DNA of 64,000 nt from an uncultured Clostridia bacterium (GTDB lineage: Bacteria > Bacillota > Clostridia > Christensenellales > UBA1242), in the NCBI GenBank assembly GCA_945928645.1, contig CAMENR010000002.1:1048-65047 (forward strand). Direction: 5' to 3'. Position 1 is the stretch's first letter, and each line of letters opens with the position of its first letter. Below are positions 20,646 to 30,276 of the stretch, one piece after another. The notes beneath the pieces are model-generated. The model ran no database searches, was not told the DNA's origin, and saw only the letters and a list, made by a program, of their open reading frames with translations. Both the position numbers and the translations under genes were made by a program.

Positions 20646-21434
20646 ATGGGAAAAGTAATTTCATTTGCAAATCAAAAAGGTGGAGTTGGTAAAACAACCA
20701 CTTGTATAAATTTGGCATCTTACCTCGCAGTTTTTGGAAAGAAGGTTTTAATTGTGGATATGGACCCGCAAGGAAATGCGACTAGTGGGCTAGGAGTTGA
20801 CAAGACACAAAAAATGCCAACGATGTATGATGCTATTTCTGGTGAAGCAACAATTTCGGAGGTTATAAGGCCAAGTTTTATCAAAAATTTGGATATAATA
20901 CCAGCCACAGTGGATCTTGCTGGTGCAGAAATTGAACTTGTTGGTATGAAAAACAGGGAAAAAGTTGTTTCAAAACTCTTTGAGAGTATAAAAGATAACT
21001 ATCATTACATTCTAATAGATTGTCCACCATCTTTGGGGTTGCTCACGGTAAATGCGTTGACTTCGTCAGATTCTGTTATGATACCTATTCAATGTGAATT
21101 TTTTGCACTAGAAGGGTTAAGCCAACTTATGAATACTATAAAACTTGTCAAAAAGCATCTTAATCCACAGATTGATGTGGAGGGTGTTGTTTTGACTATG
21201 AAAGACAATAGGTCTAATCTTATTCAGCAGGTTTCGGAGGAAATTCGTAAGTATTTTGGCAAAAAAGTGTATGAAACCGCTATTCCAAGGACAATAAGAC
21301 TAGCAGAAGCCCCAAGTCATGGTAAACCAATATTCTTATATGACCCAAGAGGCAAAGGTGGAGTAGCATATTTTGAACTAGCAAAAGAGTTTATGAAAAG
21401 GAATCGTGACGGTTATAAGAATATAACTATATAG
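20646..21434 (+). CDS. parA: Chromosome partitioning ATPase ParA/Soj
   Basis: 262 aa, with the deviant Walker A motif NQKGGVGKTTT plus IVDMDPQGNAT and LIDCPPSLG. Confidence 0.96.
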   Translation: MGKVISFANQKGGVGKTTTCINLASYLAVFGKKVLIVDMDPQGNATSGLGVDKTQKMPTMYDAISGEATISEVIRPSFIKNLDIIPATVDLAGAEIELVGMKNREKVVSKLFESIKDNYHYILIDCPPSLGLLTVNALTSSDSVMIPIQCEFFALEGLSQLMNTIKLVKKHLNPQIDVEGVVLTMKDNRSNLIQQVSEEIRKYFGKKVYETAIPRTIRLAEAPSHGKPIFLYDPRGKGGVAYFELAKEFMKRNRDGYKNITI

Positions 21435-21612
21435 CATTTTCAAGAAAAATTATATTTCATACTTTTCGCTCTACATGCGAAATGTAGTAATTATAAATTT
21501 ATATTTATTTAATAAATATATAAAGAAATAATGTGATAATTATATTTTTATATATAGTAAACTTAGTCATAGAATAACTAATTATAATTAAAATAATACA
21601 TATGTTTTTATT

Positions 21613-21643
21613 AAGACTTTCTATTTTTTGGGAAGTCTTTTTT
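21613..21643 (+). terminator. Candidate terminator between parA and parB
   Basis: A 9-bp stem (21613-21621 pairing with 21631-21639, one G-U pair) has a 9-nt loop and is followed by TTTT. Confidence 0.5.
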
Positions 21644-21690
21644 GATATATGGTTGATATAAAAGATTATATAAGATTGAGATAATTTCTG

Positions 21691-21719
21691 TTGCAAAAAA
21701 AAATTAATAATGTTACAAT
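21691..21719 (+). promoter_or_regulatory. Sigma-70/SigA-type promoter for parB
   Basis: TTGCAA (21691-21696), a 17-nt spacer and TACAAT (21714-21719). Confidence 0.5.
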
Positions 21720-21753
21720 ATAACTAGTAAAGAAAGATTTGTAAAGAGGAGAT

Positions 21754-22680
21754 ATGATTATGAAACATGGTCTAGGTAGAGGGCTTGATGCCTTGTTTTC
21801 AATTTATCAAGATGAAGAAGAACAAGAAGTAGAAGAAAAAAAAGAAGGTCGTGTGCAGGTTGGTAATAATGGAGATGAATCTATTGTAAACAGTGGTGTT
21901 GTAGAACTGGATATGAAACTAATCGACCCAAATAAAGAACAGCCAAGGAAGAAATTTGATGTAACTTCCCTGCGTGAATTGACAGAGTCAATAAAGCAAC
22001 ATGGAGTTATTCAACCAATTATTGTAAACAAAACATCAGGCAACAGATATCTTATTGTTGCAGGTGAAAGGAGATTTAGAGCTTGTCTTAATGCTGGGCT
22101 AAAGACTATCCCTGCTATCATTAAGGATTTTAGCAAACAAGAAGTGCAGGAAATTTCTCTTATCGAAAACCTTCAACGTGAGGATCTCAATCCGATAGAA
22201 GCAGGAAAAGCAATTCGCCAACTAATGACTGATTATGGCTTTACACAAGAAGAAATTGCTGACAGGATTGGTAAAAGTCGTCCTCTTGTTGCAAATACAT
22301 TAAGACTACTCACTTTGTCGCCAGAAGTTATTTCTCTTATTGAAAATGGTCAACTTTCTGCCGGACATGGTAAATGTCTTGTAGTTGTTACAGATGAAGA
22401 AAAACAACTTAATCTTGCAAAATTTGCAATTGAAAGAAAACTTTCTGTAAGAGATTTTGAAAAGTTGGTTAAAGATTCGCAAAATGAAAAAATACCAGAA
22501 GCAAAGAAAAAAATTGTTCAAAGCATAGAACTTAAAGAACTTGGACATAGAATTCAAAGGTTATTTAGAACAAAAGTAGTTATCCATGGTGATGATAACA
22601 AAGGAAAGATTTCAATAGACTATTTTAACTCTGATGATTTAGATAGAATTTGCTCCTTTATTTCTAAATTAGAAAAATAA
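21754..22680 (+). CDS. parB: Chromosome partitioning protein ParB/Spo0J (CTPase clamp)
   Basis: Motifs seen: GLGRGLDALF, the arginine patch VAGERRFRAC and LIENLQREDLNPIE. ATG 21760 has better RBS spacing (8 nt from GGAG) than ATG 21754. Confidence 0.96.
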   Translation: MIMKHGLGRGLDALFSIYQDEEEQEVEEKKEGRVQVGNNGDESIVNSGVVELDMKLIDPNKEQPRKKFDVTSLRELTESIKQHGVIQPIIVNKTSGNRYLIVAGERRFRACLNAGLKTIPAIIKDFSKQEVQEISLIENLQREDLNPIEAGKAIRQLMTDYGFTQEEIADRIGKSRPLVANTLRLLTLSPEVISLIENGQLSAGHGKCLVVVTDEEKQLNLAKFAIERKLSVRDFEKLVKDSQNEKIPEAKKKIVQSIELKELGHRIQRLFRTKVVIHGDDNKGKISIDYFNSDDLDRICSFISKLEK

Positions 22681-22785
22681 TTAGAATACTTTAATGCAAT
22701 TTTTAATTAGAATTATATTCATTGCTGTAAAAATAATTTTATTTGATGTCATATAACATAGCAATACATAATGTTTCATGTGATG

Positions 22786-22801
22786 TGTTTCACGTGGAAC
22801 A
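22786..22801 (+). promoter_or_regulatory. parS site (perfect)
   Basis: TGTTTCACGTGGAACA read directly. Confidence 0.9.
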
Positions 22802-22857
22802 TTTTTTTATTATTTTTGTTGTGTTTCACATGGGACAAATCTCTATTATGTCTAACA

Positions 22858-22873
22858 TGTTTCACGTGGAACA
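22858..22873 (+). promoter_or_regulatory. parS site (perfect)
   Basis: TGTTTCACGTGGAACA read directly. Confidence 0.9.
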
Positions 22874-22963
22874 TTTTTTATTGATTCTGATATGTTTCAC
22901 GTGAAGTAACCCTTCGTTAAGTTTAATATGTTTTTAACTTGGTTTTATTTTGTTTTGTTGATA

Positions 22964-22979
22964 TGTTTCACGTGGAACA
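22964..22979 (+). promoter_or_regulatory. parS site (perfect)
   Basis: TGTTTCACGTGGAACA read directly. Confidence 0.9.
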
Positions 22980-23195
22980 ACTATATATTTAATCTAGTAC
23001 GTTTCAGGTGGAATAATTCTCTATTGAGTCTAGTATATTTTACAGGGAAGTTTTTTTGTTATTCTTGATATTTTTCATGTGGAATAATATTTATTATTGA
23101 AATCTAATTTATCTGACTCTTCTAGATAATTATCTATTTATATATTACTTAATAAACTTTTATATAAAAACTTAATCCGCATCTATTGTAATTTT

Positions 23196-23211
23196 TGTTT
23201 CACGTGGAACA
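23196..23211 (+). promoter_or_regulatory. parS site (perfect)
   Basis: TGTTTCACGTGGAACA read directly. Confidence 0.9.
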
Positions 23212-23234
23212 GACTTTTGTTGTATTGGTGATAA

Positions 23235-23250
23235 TGTTTCACGTGGAACA
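23235..23250 (+). promoter_or_regulatory. parS site (perfect)
   Basis: TGTTTCACGTGGAACA read directly. Confidence 0.9.
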
Positions 23251-23430
23251 AGCTTTTGCTGTTTTAGTAAAAATGTTTTATGTGGAACAATGCTCTATTA
23301 ATTTTAGCATGTTTCACATAGAATATCTTTTAATAGATTTAGTATCTTTATTTGGAGTAAGTCTATTATAAAAAAAAATCTATGAATCATATCAATTAAA
23401 TAACCTTATATAAAAAATATATACATATTT

Positions 23431-23446
23431 TGTTTCACGTGGAACA
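23431..23446 (+). promoter_or_regulatory. parS site (perfect)
   Basis: TGTTTCACGTGGAACA read directly. Confidence 0.9.
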
Positions 23447-24419
23447 TCTTACAACTTAAACGTTGTTATAAACATTATCATACAGAAAAATTATAATAAT
23501 CATACTATATATTTAAGTGTTATACTATATGAAAGTATTATAAAATATAGTTATAATAATATAACTAAAATTAATACACAAGCTTTGTCAAAGAGATAAC
23601 TATAGAAATATAAACAAAGAGAGATTATAACTATGATTGATTTATGTTAGATAAAAATATAGTTAAATATATACAAAGTATAACATTTGATTAACAACAA
23701 TATAAAAATTGTAAAATATTTTAACAAATGTAAAAATGGTTGATGAATGGTAAATTGTATAATAGAAGTTTTATCATTTATAATTGCTAGACAATTGATT
23801 ATCAGCGATAATTCGCAAATATAATTTTTATTTTTTTAACAATTTTTGCAATAAATTTTACTATTTTTTTCTTATTTTTTTTATTAACAAAACTACTCTT
23901 TTATATATATTTCTGTTGTTTCTATATGAGAAGCTTGTGTGTATATCAAACTAATTGCAAACAAACATTCCAATATTGCTTAATGTTAGGTTTAGTAGTT
24001 TAAATAGTAATTTCTCAAAAATTTATAAATGAACAAATAGCGTCTTACTTTTAGTGAATGTCTTAAAATTTATGTATAAAAAATTTTGGGATTAAAATGT
24101 AAAAAGTTGTGTATAAATAGTTATCATTGAAGAAAAATGCTCCATTTTATTCAAAAATTGAATGTTTTGACGAGGGAGTTTTGAAGAATGTTTAGGAGAT
24201 TGTAGTTTTTTTGATAAAAAGAAAGTTATCCATAAAACAACAAAAATTGTTGATAACTTATGCTCCGACTTATAGTTTTTTGGTAAAAGGTGAAATTTGT
24301 CAGAAAAACTCTATATATGGGAGGGAATGCGAAAAGTAGAAATATGGACTTTTTGGTCGTAAAAAATATCAATTGATGCACTTTATGGAAAAATTTTGGC
24401 AAAAAGATAATGAATTTTA

Positions 24420-24448
24420 TTGCTTAAAAAATATTTATATGGTAAACT
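24420..24448 (+). promoter_or_regulatory. Candidate promoter for ftsH
   Basis: TTGCTT (24420-24425), a 17-nt spacer ending in TGg, then TAAACT (24443-24448). A GGAGG RBS lies at ~24464 and the TTG start at 24477. Confidence 0.45.
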
Positions 24449-24476
24449 TATTATCGTAAAAATGGAGGAAAATTGA

Positions 24477-26939
24477 TTGAAAAATAACAAATTAAAAGGC
24501 TGGATTATTTTTGCGCTGTCATTTATGGCAATCATTTTGCTATTTTATCTTACGCAAACTGGCAATATCGGGAAAAAGATTGCTATTTCTGGCCCTTCCA
24601 ATGTAGAATCACTGGAATCGCTGGTTGGGGTTAAGAAAGATGCAGAAGGCAAATATGTTGTATCCACTGATATAGACTATGCGGGTAGTGTTGTCAAATA
24701 TATTGCTTTGGCAGATAATGGCATAGGTTATGTTATCAAGAAAGATAGCAAGTATAAAAAAGATGATATCTTGAATAACTGCGACTATTATTTTGAATAT
24801 GTAACAGAATCAGATTATGACCAAGTAAAAGCCATGATAGAAGCCTACAACGCAAAGGCAGAAACAAAAGTTGAAGATGGTTGGGTTTTGATGGAAGCAT
24901 ATCCTACTCATGTATCAAAGACTTCTTGGTGGGAAAGTTTGCTCCCTTATCTTAGTGTAATTGTTGTAGTAGTCTTAGGTGTTATCCTAATAAGAAGTAT
25001 ATTAGGGGCAAACCAAAAGAGTTTCAACTTTGGCAAAACAAAGGCTCAGGTGGCTCACGCAGTAAAAGTGAAATTTGCAGACGTGGCAGGCATTGACGAG
25101 GAAAAGGAAGAACTGCTGGAAATAGTGGAGTTTTTGAAAAACCCACAAAAATTTACTGAACTTGGGGCAAAAATTCCTAAGGGCATCCTTCTAGTTGGTC
25201 AACCAGGGACTGGTAAAACTTTGCTGGCAAAGGCAATCGCTGGCGAGAGCAATGTCCCATTCTTCTCCATAAGCGGAAGTGATTTTGTGGAGATGTTTGT
25301 GGGCGTTGGTGCTTCTCGAGTTAGAGATCTGTTTGAACAAGCAAAAAAAGAAGCCCCTTGCATTGTATTTATTGACGAAATTGATGCTGTGGGCAGACAA
25401 CGTGGCGCAGGACTTGGCGGTGGAAATGATGAAAGAGAACAAACGCTTAATCAACTTCTAGTTCAAATGGACGGTTTTGAGGGGAATACGGGTGTAATTG
25501 TTATCGCTGCAACCAACAGAGCAGATGTTTTGGACCCAGCATTGTTAAGGCCAGGCAGATTTGATAGGCAAATATACATTATGCCACCAGATGTAAAGGG
25601 TAGAGAAATGATTCTCAAAATTCATGCAAGAAACAAGCCAATAGATAGTTCGGTGGATTTTAAGAACATTGCAAGACTTACCAGTGGATTTACTGGTGCA
25701 GACTTGGAAAACCTCTTGAATGAGGCGGCAATTCTTACAGCAAGGGAAAGTAGAAAGTCTATAACAATGACGGATATCACAGAGGGCATAAACAAGGTTA
25801 TTATGGGACCTCAAAAACGAAGTAGAATTGTAACCCCTGTGGACAAGAGAATTACTGCTTACCACGAAAGTGGTCATGCAATAGTGGGCAAGGTATTAAC
25901 ACATTGTGATGTAGTGCAAGAAGTTTCTATCATTGCAAGGGGAATGGCTGCCGGATATACCATAAGCAGACCGGACAACGACGAAAGTCATATGTCCTAT
26001 AACAAACTTATAGACAATATTACAATGATGTTGGGTGGTAGAGCAGCAGAAGAAATAATGGTCAAAGACATCTCAACAGGCGCTCAAAACGACATAGAAA
26101 GGGCAACCAAACTAGCGAGAAAAATGGTTACCGAATGGGGAATGAGTGCAAAGTTGGGACCTGTGAATCTAGGCTCTAGCAGTGAGGTGTTTTTGGGTAG
26201 AGATTATCAAAGTCAACTAAACTACAGTGAAAAAACTGCCAGTGAAATTGACAACGAGATAAAATCAATTATTGATATGTGCTACTCTCGAGCCAAAGAA
26301 ATAATAACCAAACACGCAAAACAAATGAACACGATGGTGGAAGTTCTGCTAGAAAAAGAAACAATTTACTTTGGCGAAGTGGAGATGATTATGAAGGGCA
26401 AAACTACCAAACAAATATTGCTTCAAATGGAACAAGATGCCATAAGGAACAAAGAGCGTGTAGAGTTGGAGAGAGCAGAGGCTGACCTTGAAAGAGTGAG
26501 AAAAGAACAATCAATAAGGGTAAAAACGGCTGAGGCATTGAAAAAAGGTGGTGTTCTCTCTGCAGAGGAAATAGAAAAGGTGGCAAAAGATTCTGAAAAT
26601 ATCATTGCCATTGCAGAGAAGAAAGTAAACGAACTAAAACAAAAACTTGCAGAAAAATATGCCAAAACAGAACAAACAAAACAAAAAACATCAAAGTCTG
26701 CAGAGAAGAAAGAAAAAAATTCTGACAATAAAAAATCAACAAAATCCACAACTACAAAGAATGCAAAAGCAAAAACGGAAAAACAAAAGAGCCTAAATAA
26801 GCCTACCAATGTTGATAGTAAAAAAATCAAAATAAAAAGTATTGAGGCAAAAGGTAATAATGTGGAAGGGGAAAAAGTAGTTAACAGTATGTCAGGAGAG
26901 ACAGAAGACATAAATAAGAAAAATGGCGACAAAAATTGA
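24477..26939 (+). CDS. ftsH: ATP-dependent zinc metalloprotease FtsH, with a large extracytoplasmic loop and a ~180-aa K/E-rich C-terminal tail
   Basis: 820 aa. It has two TM segments flanking a ~125-aa loop, Walker [14 protein letters not shown], the SRH region and the zinc motif HESGHA. The tail from about residue 640 is lysine- and glutamate-rich low complexity. Confidence 0.96.
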   Translation: MKNNKLKGWIIFALSFMAIILLFYLTQTGNIGKKIAISGPSNVESLESLVGVKKDAEGKYVVSTDIDYAGSVVKYIALADNGIGYVIKKDSKYKKDDILNNCDYYFEYVTESDYDQVKAMIEAYNAKAETKVEDGWVLMEAYPTHVSKTSWWESLLPYLSVIVVVVLGVILIRSILGANQKSFNFGKTKAQVAHAVKVKFADVAGIDEEKEELLEIVEFLKNPQKFTELGAKIPKGILLVGQPGTGKTLLAKAIAGESNVPFFSISGSDFVEMFVGVGASRVRDLFEQAKKEAPCIVFIDEIDAVGRQRGAGLGGGNDEREQTLNQLLVQMDGFEGNTGVIVIAATNRADVLDPALLRPGRFDRQIYIMPPDVKGREMILKIHARNKPIDSSVDFKNIARLTSGFTGADLENLLNEAAILTARESRKSITMTDITEGINKVIMGPQKRSRIVTPVDKRITAYHESGHAIVGKVLTHCDVVQEVSIIARGMAAGYTISRPDNDESHMSYNKLIDNITMMLGGRAAEEIMVKDISTGAQNDIERATKLARKMVTEWGMSAKLGPVNLGSSSEVFLGRDYQSQLNYSEKTASEIDNEIKSIIDMCYSRAKEIITKHAKQMNTMVEVLLEKETIYFGEVEMIMKGKTTKQILLQMEQDAIRNKERVELERAEADLERVRKEQSIRVKTAEALKKGGVLSAEEIEKVAKDSENIIAIAEKKVNELKQKLAEKYAKTEQTKQKTSKSAEKKEKNSDNKKSTKSTTTKNAKAKTEKQKSLNKPTNVDSKKIKIKSIEAKGNNVEGEKVVNSMSGETEDINKKNGDKN

Positions 26940-26987
26940 AATTGTTTTTGTCAAAAAAATACAAAATATTAAAGGACGGAATATATT

Positions 26988-27614
26988 ATGAAAAAGAAAA
27001 TTATTATTTCAGTATCGTTAGGGATAGTTGCATTGCTGGCTATTGCAACACTTATTTTGGCTCTTGTGCCAGTGAACAAAAACACAGTGATTGCAAAACC
27101 AAACTCTATATATATAACCAATCAAAACACAAAAGAATTTGGTGGACATTGTGCCTATGATAATATTCAGGATGTTACTCAAAATGGTTCTGCAATGCTA
27201 AATGATTTCTACAAAGCATTTAATGAGAGTTTTGAACAAAAAGCATTGGTGGCAATGTTTACTAACCAATCTAATAGTGGAATAAAGGCAAATTATGTAG
27301 ATGTGGCGGGATCATCAGAAAAAATTTCAAAAAATTATGACACCACAGAAAAATTTACTGTTATCTTCCAATACAATGAAAATCAAACAATTTATGTAGA
27401 AGAAAAGGATTTGTCTTTTGAATATAATTATCTATTCTTTGAAGTAACAAATGCTGACGAAAGACAAGAGGTAACATTTGGTGTAATGAAAGACAACTAC
27501 TCTCTAGACGGTTCTTATACCAGTCTTTCTTACAAATACTACTTCACTGCTCAAGCCAACCTAAAACCTGTCTATCAATATATCAATACAATTTCAATAT
27601 TTAGTCAAAAGTAA
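26988..27614 (+). CDS. Hypothetical N-terminally membrane-anchored protein
   Basis: 208 aa. MKKKIIISVSLGIVALLAIATLILALV is a signal-anchor; the rest is N/Y/T-rich and soluble-looking. No family was recognised. Confidence 0.7.
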   Translation: MKKKIIISVSLGIVALLAIATLILALVPVNKNTVIAKPNSIYITNQNTKEFGGHCAYDNIQDVTQNGSAMLNDFYKAFNESFEQKALVAMFTNQSNSGIKANYVDVAGSSEKISKNYDTTEKFTVIFQYNENQTIYVEEKDLSFEYNYLFFEVTNADERQEVTFGVMKDNYSLDGSYTSLSYKYYFTAQANLKPVYQYINTISIFSQK

Positions 27615-27633
27615 AATATTTAGTCAAAAGTAA

Positions 27634-27658
27634 AAAAAACTCCCTCGTGGAGTTTTTT
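27634..27658 (+). terminator. Rho-independent terminator
   Basis: aaaaaactcc (27634-27643) pairs with ggagtttttt (27649-27658), with a 5-nt loop. Confidence 0.6.
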
Positions 27659-27669
27659 AAGAAGGGGAA

Positions 27670-29034
27670 ATGAAAATGCAAAAGAAAAATTTCTTGCTAA
27701 ATATCGTAATGTTGCTCTGTGTGACGGTTGCTGTAACTTTTCTTGCAGGGTGTTCTCACACGCACAAAGCGGGTTCTGACTGGGGTTCTACAGCAGGTGA
27801 ACACTTTCATATATGCACTCATTCAAATTGTTGTGAAATAATGGACAGAGAGGAACATGACTTTGGAGAATATGTGGTATCAAAAGAACCTACTTGCACA
27901 GAGGCTGGGGCAAAATATCGTGTCTGTTCAGTCTGTAAATTTTCAAATTGGGTTACTATATCACCTTTATCTCACAATTTTGGCAAAAGCAGTGATGTGG
28001 TATTTGAATTTGAAAAAATTACCACCTCTTCTGGTGAGTTTGTTTACACTTGCACCGCAACTCGCAATTGTATCCGTTGTGAAGAATATGAAAGTGAAAC
28101 TATTTCCACAGCAGACAGAGAAATTACCGCTACAATAATTCAAGAATGGGGTTGTGGACAAGATGAAATAACTAAATTTACCAACCCAAAGTTTACAAAT
28201 GAAGTATTCACCAATGCATTTAATAGCACAAGGGAAGAGATTACTAAACCAAAAGAAAGAGAACACAACTATGATTATGGCAACATACAGTATGATTGGG
28301 CTGATGATTACTCCTATTGCAGTGCAACTGTAACATGTAGTTATGACGATTGCGAATCTATCTTGAAAGGGGACTCTATAAGAGTGGACTCTCAACATTA
28401 TGATGCAACTTGCACAGAGGGGGATTATACAATATATACTGCCACATTTGACAATGAAACATTATTTCCTTCAAAAGAAAAAAAAGTATATGGTTCAACA
28501 TCGGCTACTGGTCATCAGTATGGCACAGCGACTTATCTTTGGGCAGAGGACCATTCTTCTTGCACAGCACACAACACTTGCACTTCTTGTAATGCTGATT
28601 TTAGCGAAACGGTTGTCAAAACATCAGCAAGTAACAGCCCTATTGTTTATTCCGAAAAACAACAAACCTGTTTTCAAAGTGGAGAAAAGAAATACACTGC
28701 AACTTTTGAAAACTCTATCGCTTTCCCTCAAAATATGGTGATAGTAGAAAGTAGTCCAAAGCTTGATCACGAGTGGGGAGAAGCTACATTTGATTGGAGT
28801 ATTGGCGATGACGCCAAAGCCACTTGCACCGCAAGAGTAAATTGCACAAGAGAACTAAATGGCACTACTTGTAGTGGAAGTTATACCTACACAATATCTA
28901 ATATATCAGGTGTTGTAGATGAGGGGGGTAATACTACATATACTGCAAATTTTGTGGAAGAAACTTCCCTATCAGAAGAACTCAAAACTAAATTTGGTGT
29001 GCAAACATACACTATACCTATACAACAAGCATAA
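27670..29034 (+). CDS. Cysteine-repeat lipoprotein of unknown function
   Basis: 454 aa. It has a signal peptide with the lipobox LAGC (..VTFLAGCSH). Five related modules follow, beginning H-x-[FYW]-G/D and carrying C-[ST]-A-x3-C-x2-C and T-C-x-x-G...Y-T-A-x-F elements. Confidence 0.8.
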   Translation: MKMQKKNFLLNIVMLLCVTVAVTFLAGCSHTHKAGSDWGSTAGEHFHICTHSNCCEIMDREEHDFGEYVVSKEPTCTEAGAKYRVCSVCKFSNWVTISPLSHNFGKSSDVVFEFEKITTSSGEFVYTCTATRNCIRCEEYESETISTADREITATIIQEWGCGQDEITKFTNPKFTNEVFTNAFNSTREEITKPKEREHNYDYGNIQYDWADDYSYCSATVTCSYDDCESILKGDSIRVDSQHYDATCTEGDYTIYTATFDNETLFPSKEKKVYGSTSATGHQYGTATYLWAEDHSSCTAHNTCTSCNADFSETVVKTSASNSPIVYSEKQQTCFQSGEKKYTATFENSIAFPQNMVIVESSPKLDHEWGEATFDWSIGDDAKATCTARVNCTRELNGTTCSGSYTYTISNISGVVDEGGNTTYTANFVEETSLSEELKTKFGVQTYTIPIQQA

Positions 29035-29085
29035 CAGACATAAATTATGTAAAATTGCTACCAAATATTATCTTTATACATAATA

Positions 29086-29132
29086 AAAAACACTCATTGA
29101 TTGGGAATCTTTCCATAACAATGGGTGTTTTT
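29086..29132 (+). terminator. Candidate terminator after the lipoprotein gene
   Basis: aaaaacactcattg (29086-29099) pairs with caatgggtgttttt (29119-29132), with one G-U pair. The loop is long (19 nt). Confidence 0.45.
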
Positions 29133-29365
29133 GTATCTAGATTTATATTTGCCAATATCCGCATTTCATCTTTTTTTTATCAATTATAAATATTTGTATT
29201 ATTGTAACATAGTTTTTGATAGAGCCACTTTTTATAGCATATTTTTTTTATAAAAAAACTTTTCTGTGTTAAAGTTATAGTTTAGCAAAATAAAAATAGT
29301 TAATGTGGTAAAAAAAATTGTATAATAATTTGATTTTGTTGTAAAATTAGAATATAATAAATAGT

Positions 29366-30097
29366 ATGAAATTTGGCAATTATAATCTTGCAAAGGTTAA
29401 TAGATTATACAAAAGTAAGTGGGATTTGATGGACAGAGTTGCTGTTTGGATGGCAACTATTTTAATTTCGTCTATCTTAATAATGACAACTTTCAATATT
29501 TTTTTCTATCAGTCAGAAGTTGTTGGCCCTTCTATGCAACCAACATACAATGTTCTTGCACCAGATGTGATGGACAAAGAGGAGATTGACAGAAGCCCTT
29601 ACAGAGATCATATTATTGTTTCTCGCTTTAGACAGCCAAAACTAGGGGAAGTGGCTATAGTGGAACTTCCTTCTCAAACGATAATTAAGAGAGTAATTGC
29701 AACAGGTGGGCAGACATTAACTTTGAAGAAAAACATTGATGATGATTATTATAGTTTTTATCTTGACGGAACAAAACTTGACGAAAGTTATATCAAAGAT
29801 CCAACCGATATGGACTATAAATATATGAAAGATTTTGTCAGCAATCCTGCATTGTTTAATATTTTCAAAAATGCTGTTTCAAAGCAAGATGAGTTTGGAT
29901 ATGAGATGGTTCAGATTTATGTCCCAGAGGGATATGTGTATGTAGCAGGTGATAATCGTGCAAACAGCGCAGATAGCAAAGCATATGGGCTTATAAAAAC
30001 ATCTGATTTGCGTGGAACGGTGGTGTTACATTATGCCTACGATGATTCTTTATTAGGAGTCATTGTGCGATCTCTTGTTGATTTTTTTAGTTTTTAG
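29366..30097 (+). CDS. lepB: Signal peptidase I (S26 family)
   Basis: It has an N-terminal TM segment and the catalytic-Ser box GPSMQPT. It also has the Lys box KRVIATGGQ and the box E motif GDNRANSADSK. Confidence 0.9.
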   Translation: MKFGNYNLAKVNRLYKSKWDLMDRVAVWMATILISSILIMTTFNIFFYQSEVVGPSMQPTYNVLAPDVMDKEEIDRSPYRDHIIVSRFRQPKLGEVAIVELPSQTIIKRVIATGGQTLTLKKNIDDDYYSFYLDGTKLDESYIKDPTDMDYKYMKDFVSNPALFNIFKNAVSKQDEFGYEMVQIYVPEGYVYVAGDNRANSADSKAYGLIKTSDLRGTVVLHYAYDDSLLGVIVRSLVDFFSF

Positions 30098-30276
30098 CCA
30101 AAACCATTTTGACCAAATAGTCATTTTAGTAACTATTTAGGATAAAATGTAAATGTAAACAATTAGTAAGTAGTCAATCAAATATAGTTTTTTAATTATA
30201 AAAAGTTACAAAGTGTTCAATTATTTTGACAAAAAATATAAAATGTGTTAAAAATATCTTATAAATGGAGATTGTT

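Larger units (their letters stand above)
22772..23446 (+). repeat. Tandem parS (centromere) array: 6 perfect and at least 6 degenerate 16-mers at 35-39-bp phasing
   Basis: Perfect TGTTTCACGTGGAACA copies lie at 22786, 22858, 22964, 23196, 23235 and 23431. The reverse complement, TGTTCCACGTGAAACA, is the Bacillus-type parS consensus. Copies with 2-3 mismatches lie at 22822, 22893, 23000, 23071, 23274 and 23310. Remnants lie at 22772, 22929, 23035 and 23346. Confidence 0.9.

Noticed and set aside
22772-23446. Regularly spaced repeats (~36-bp period) that look superficially like a CRISPR array
   Set aside because: The repeat is only 16 bp and is a textbook parS palindrome. The 'spacers' are ~20 bp and related to each other. 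Many repeats are degenerate, and no cas genes or leader are present.
23576-23940. 10-bp perfect inverted repeat (acacaagctt / aagcttgtgt) with looser ~40-bp arms flanking ~350 bp, which could be a MITE
   Set aside because: My rough estimate is that 10-bp inverted matches within a few hundred bp are expected many times by chance in 64 kb of AT-rich DNA. I saw no target-site duplication and no second copy.
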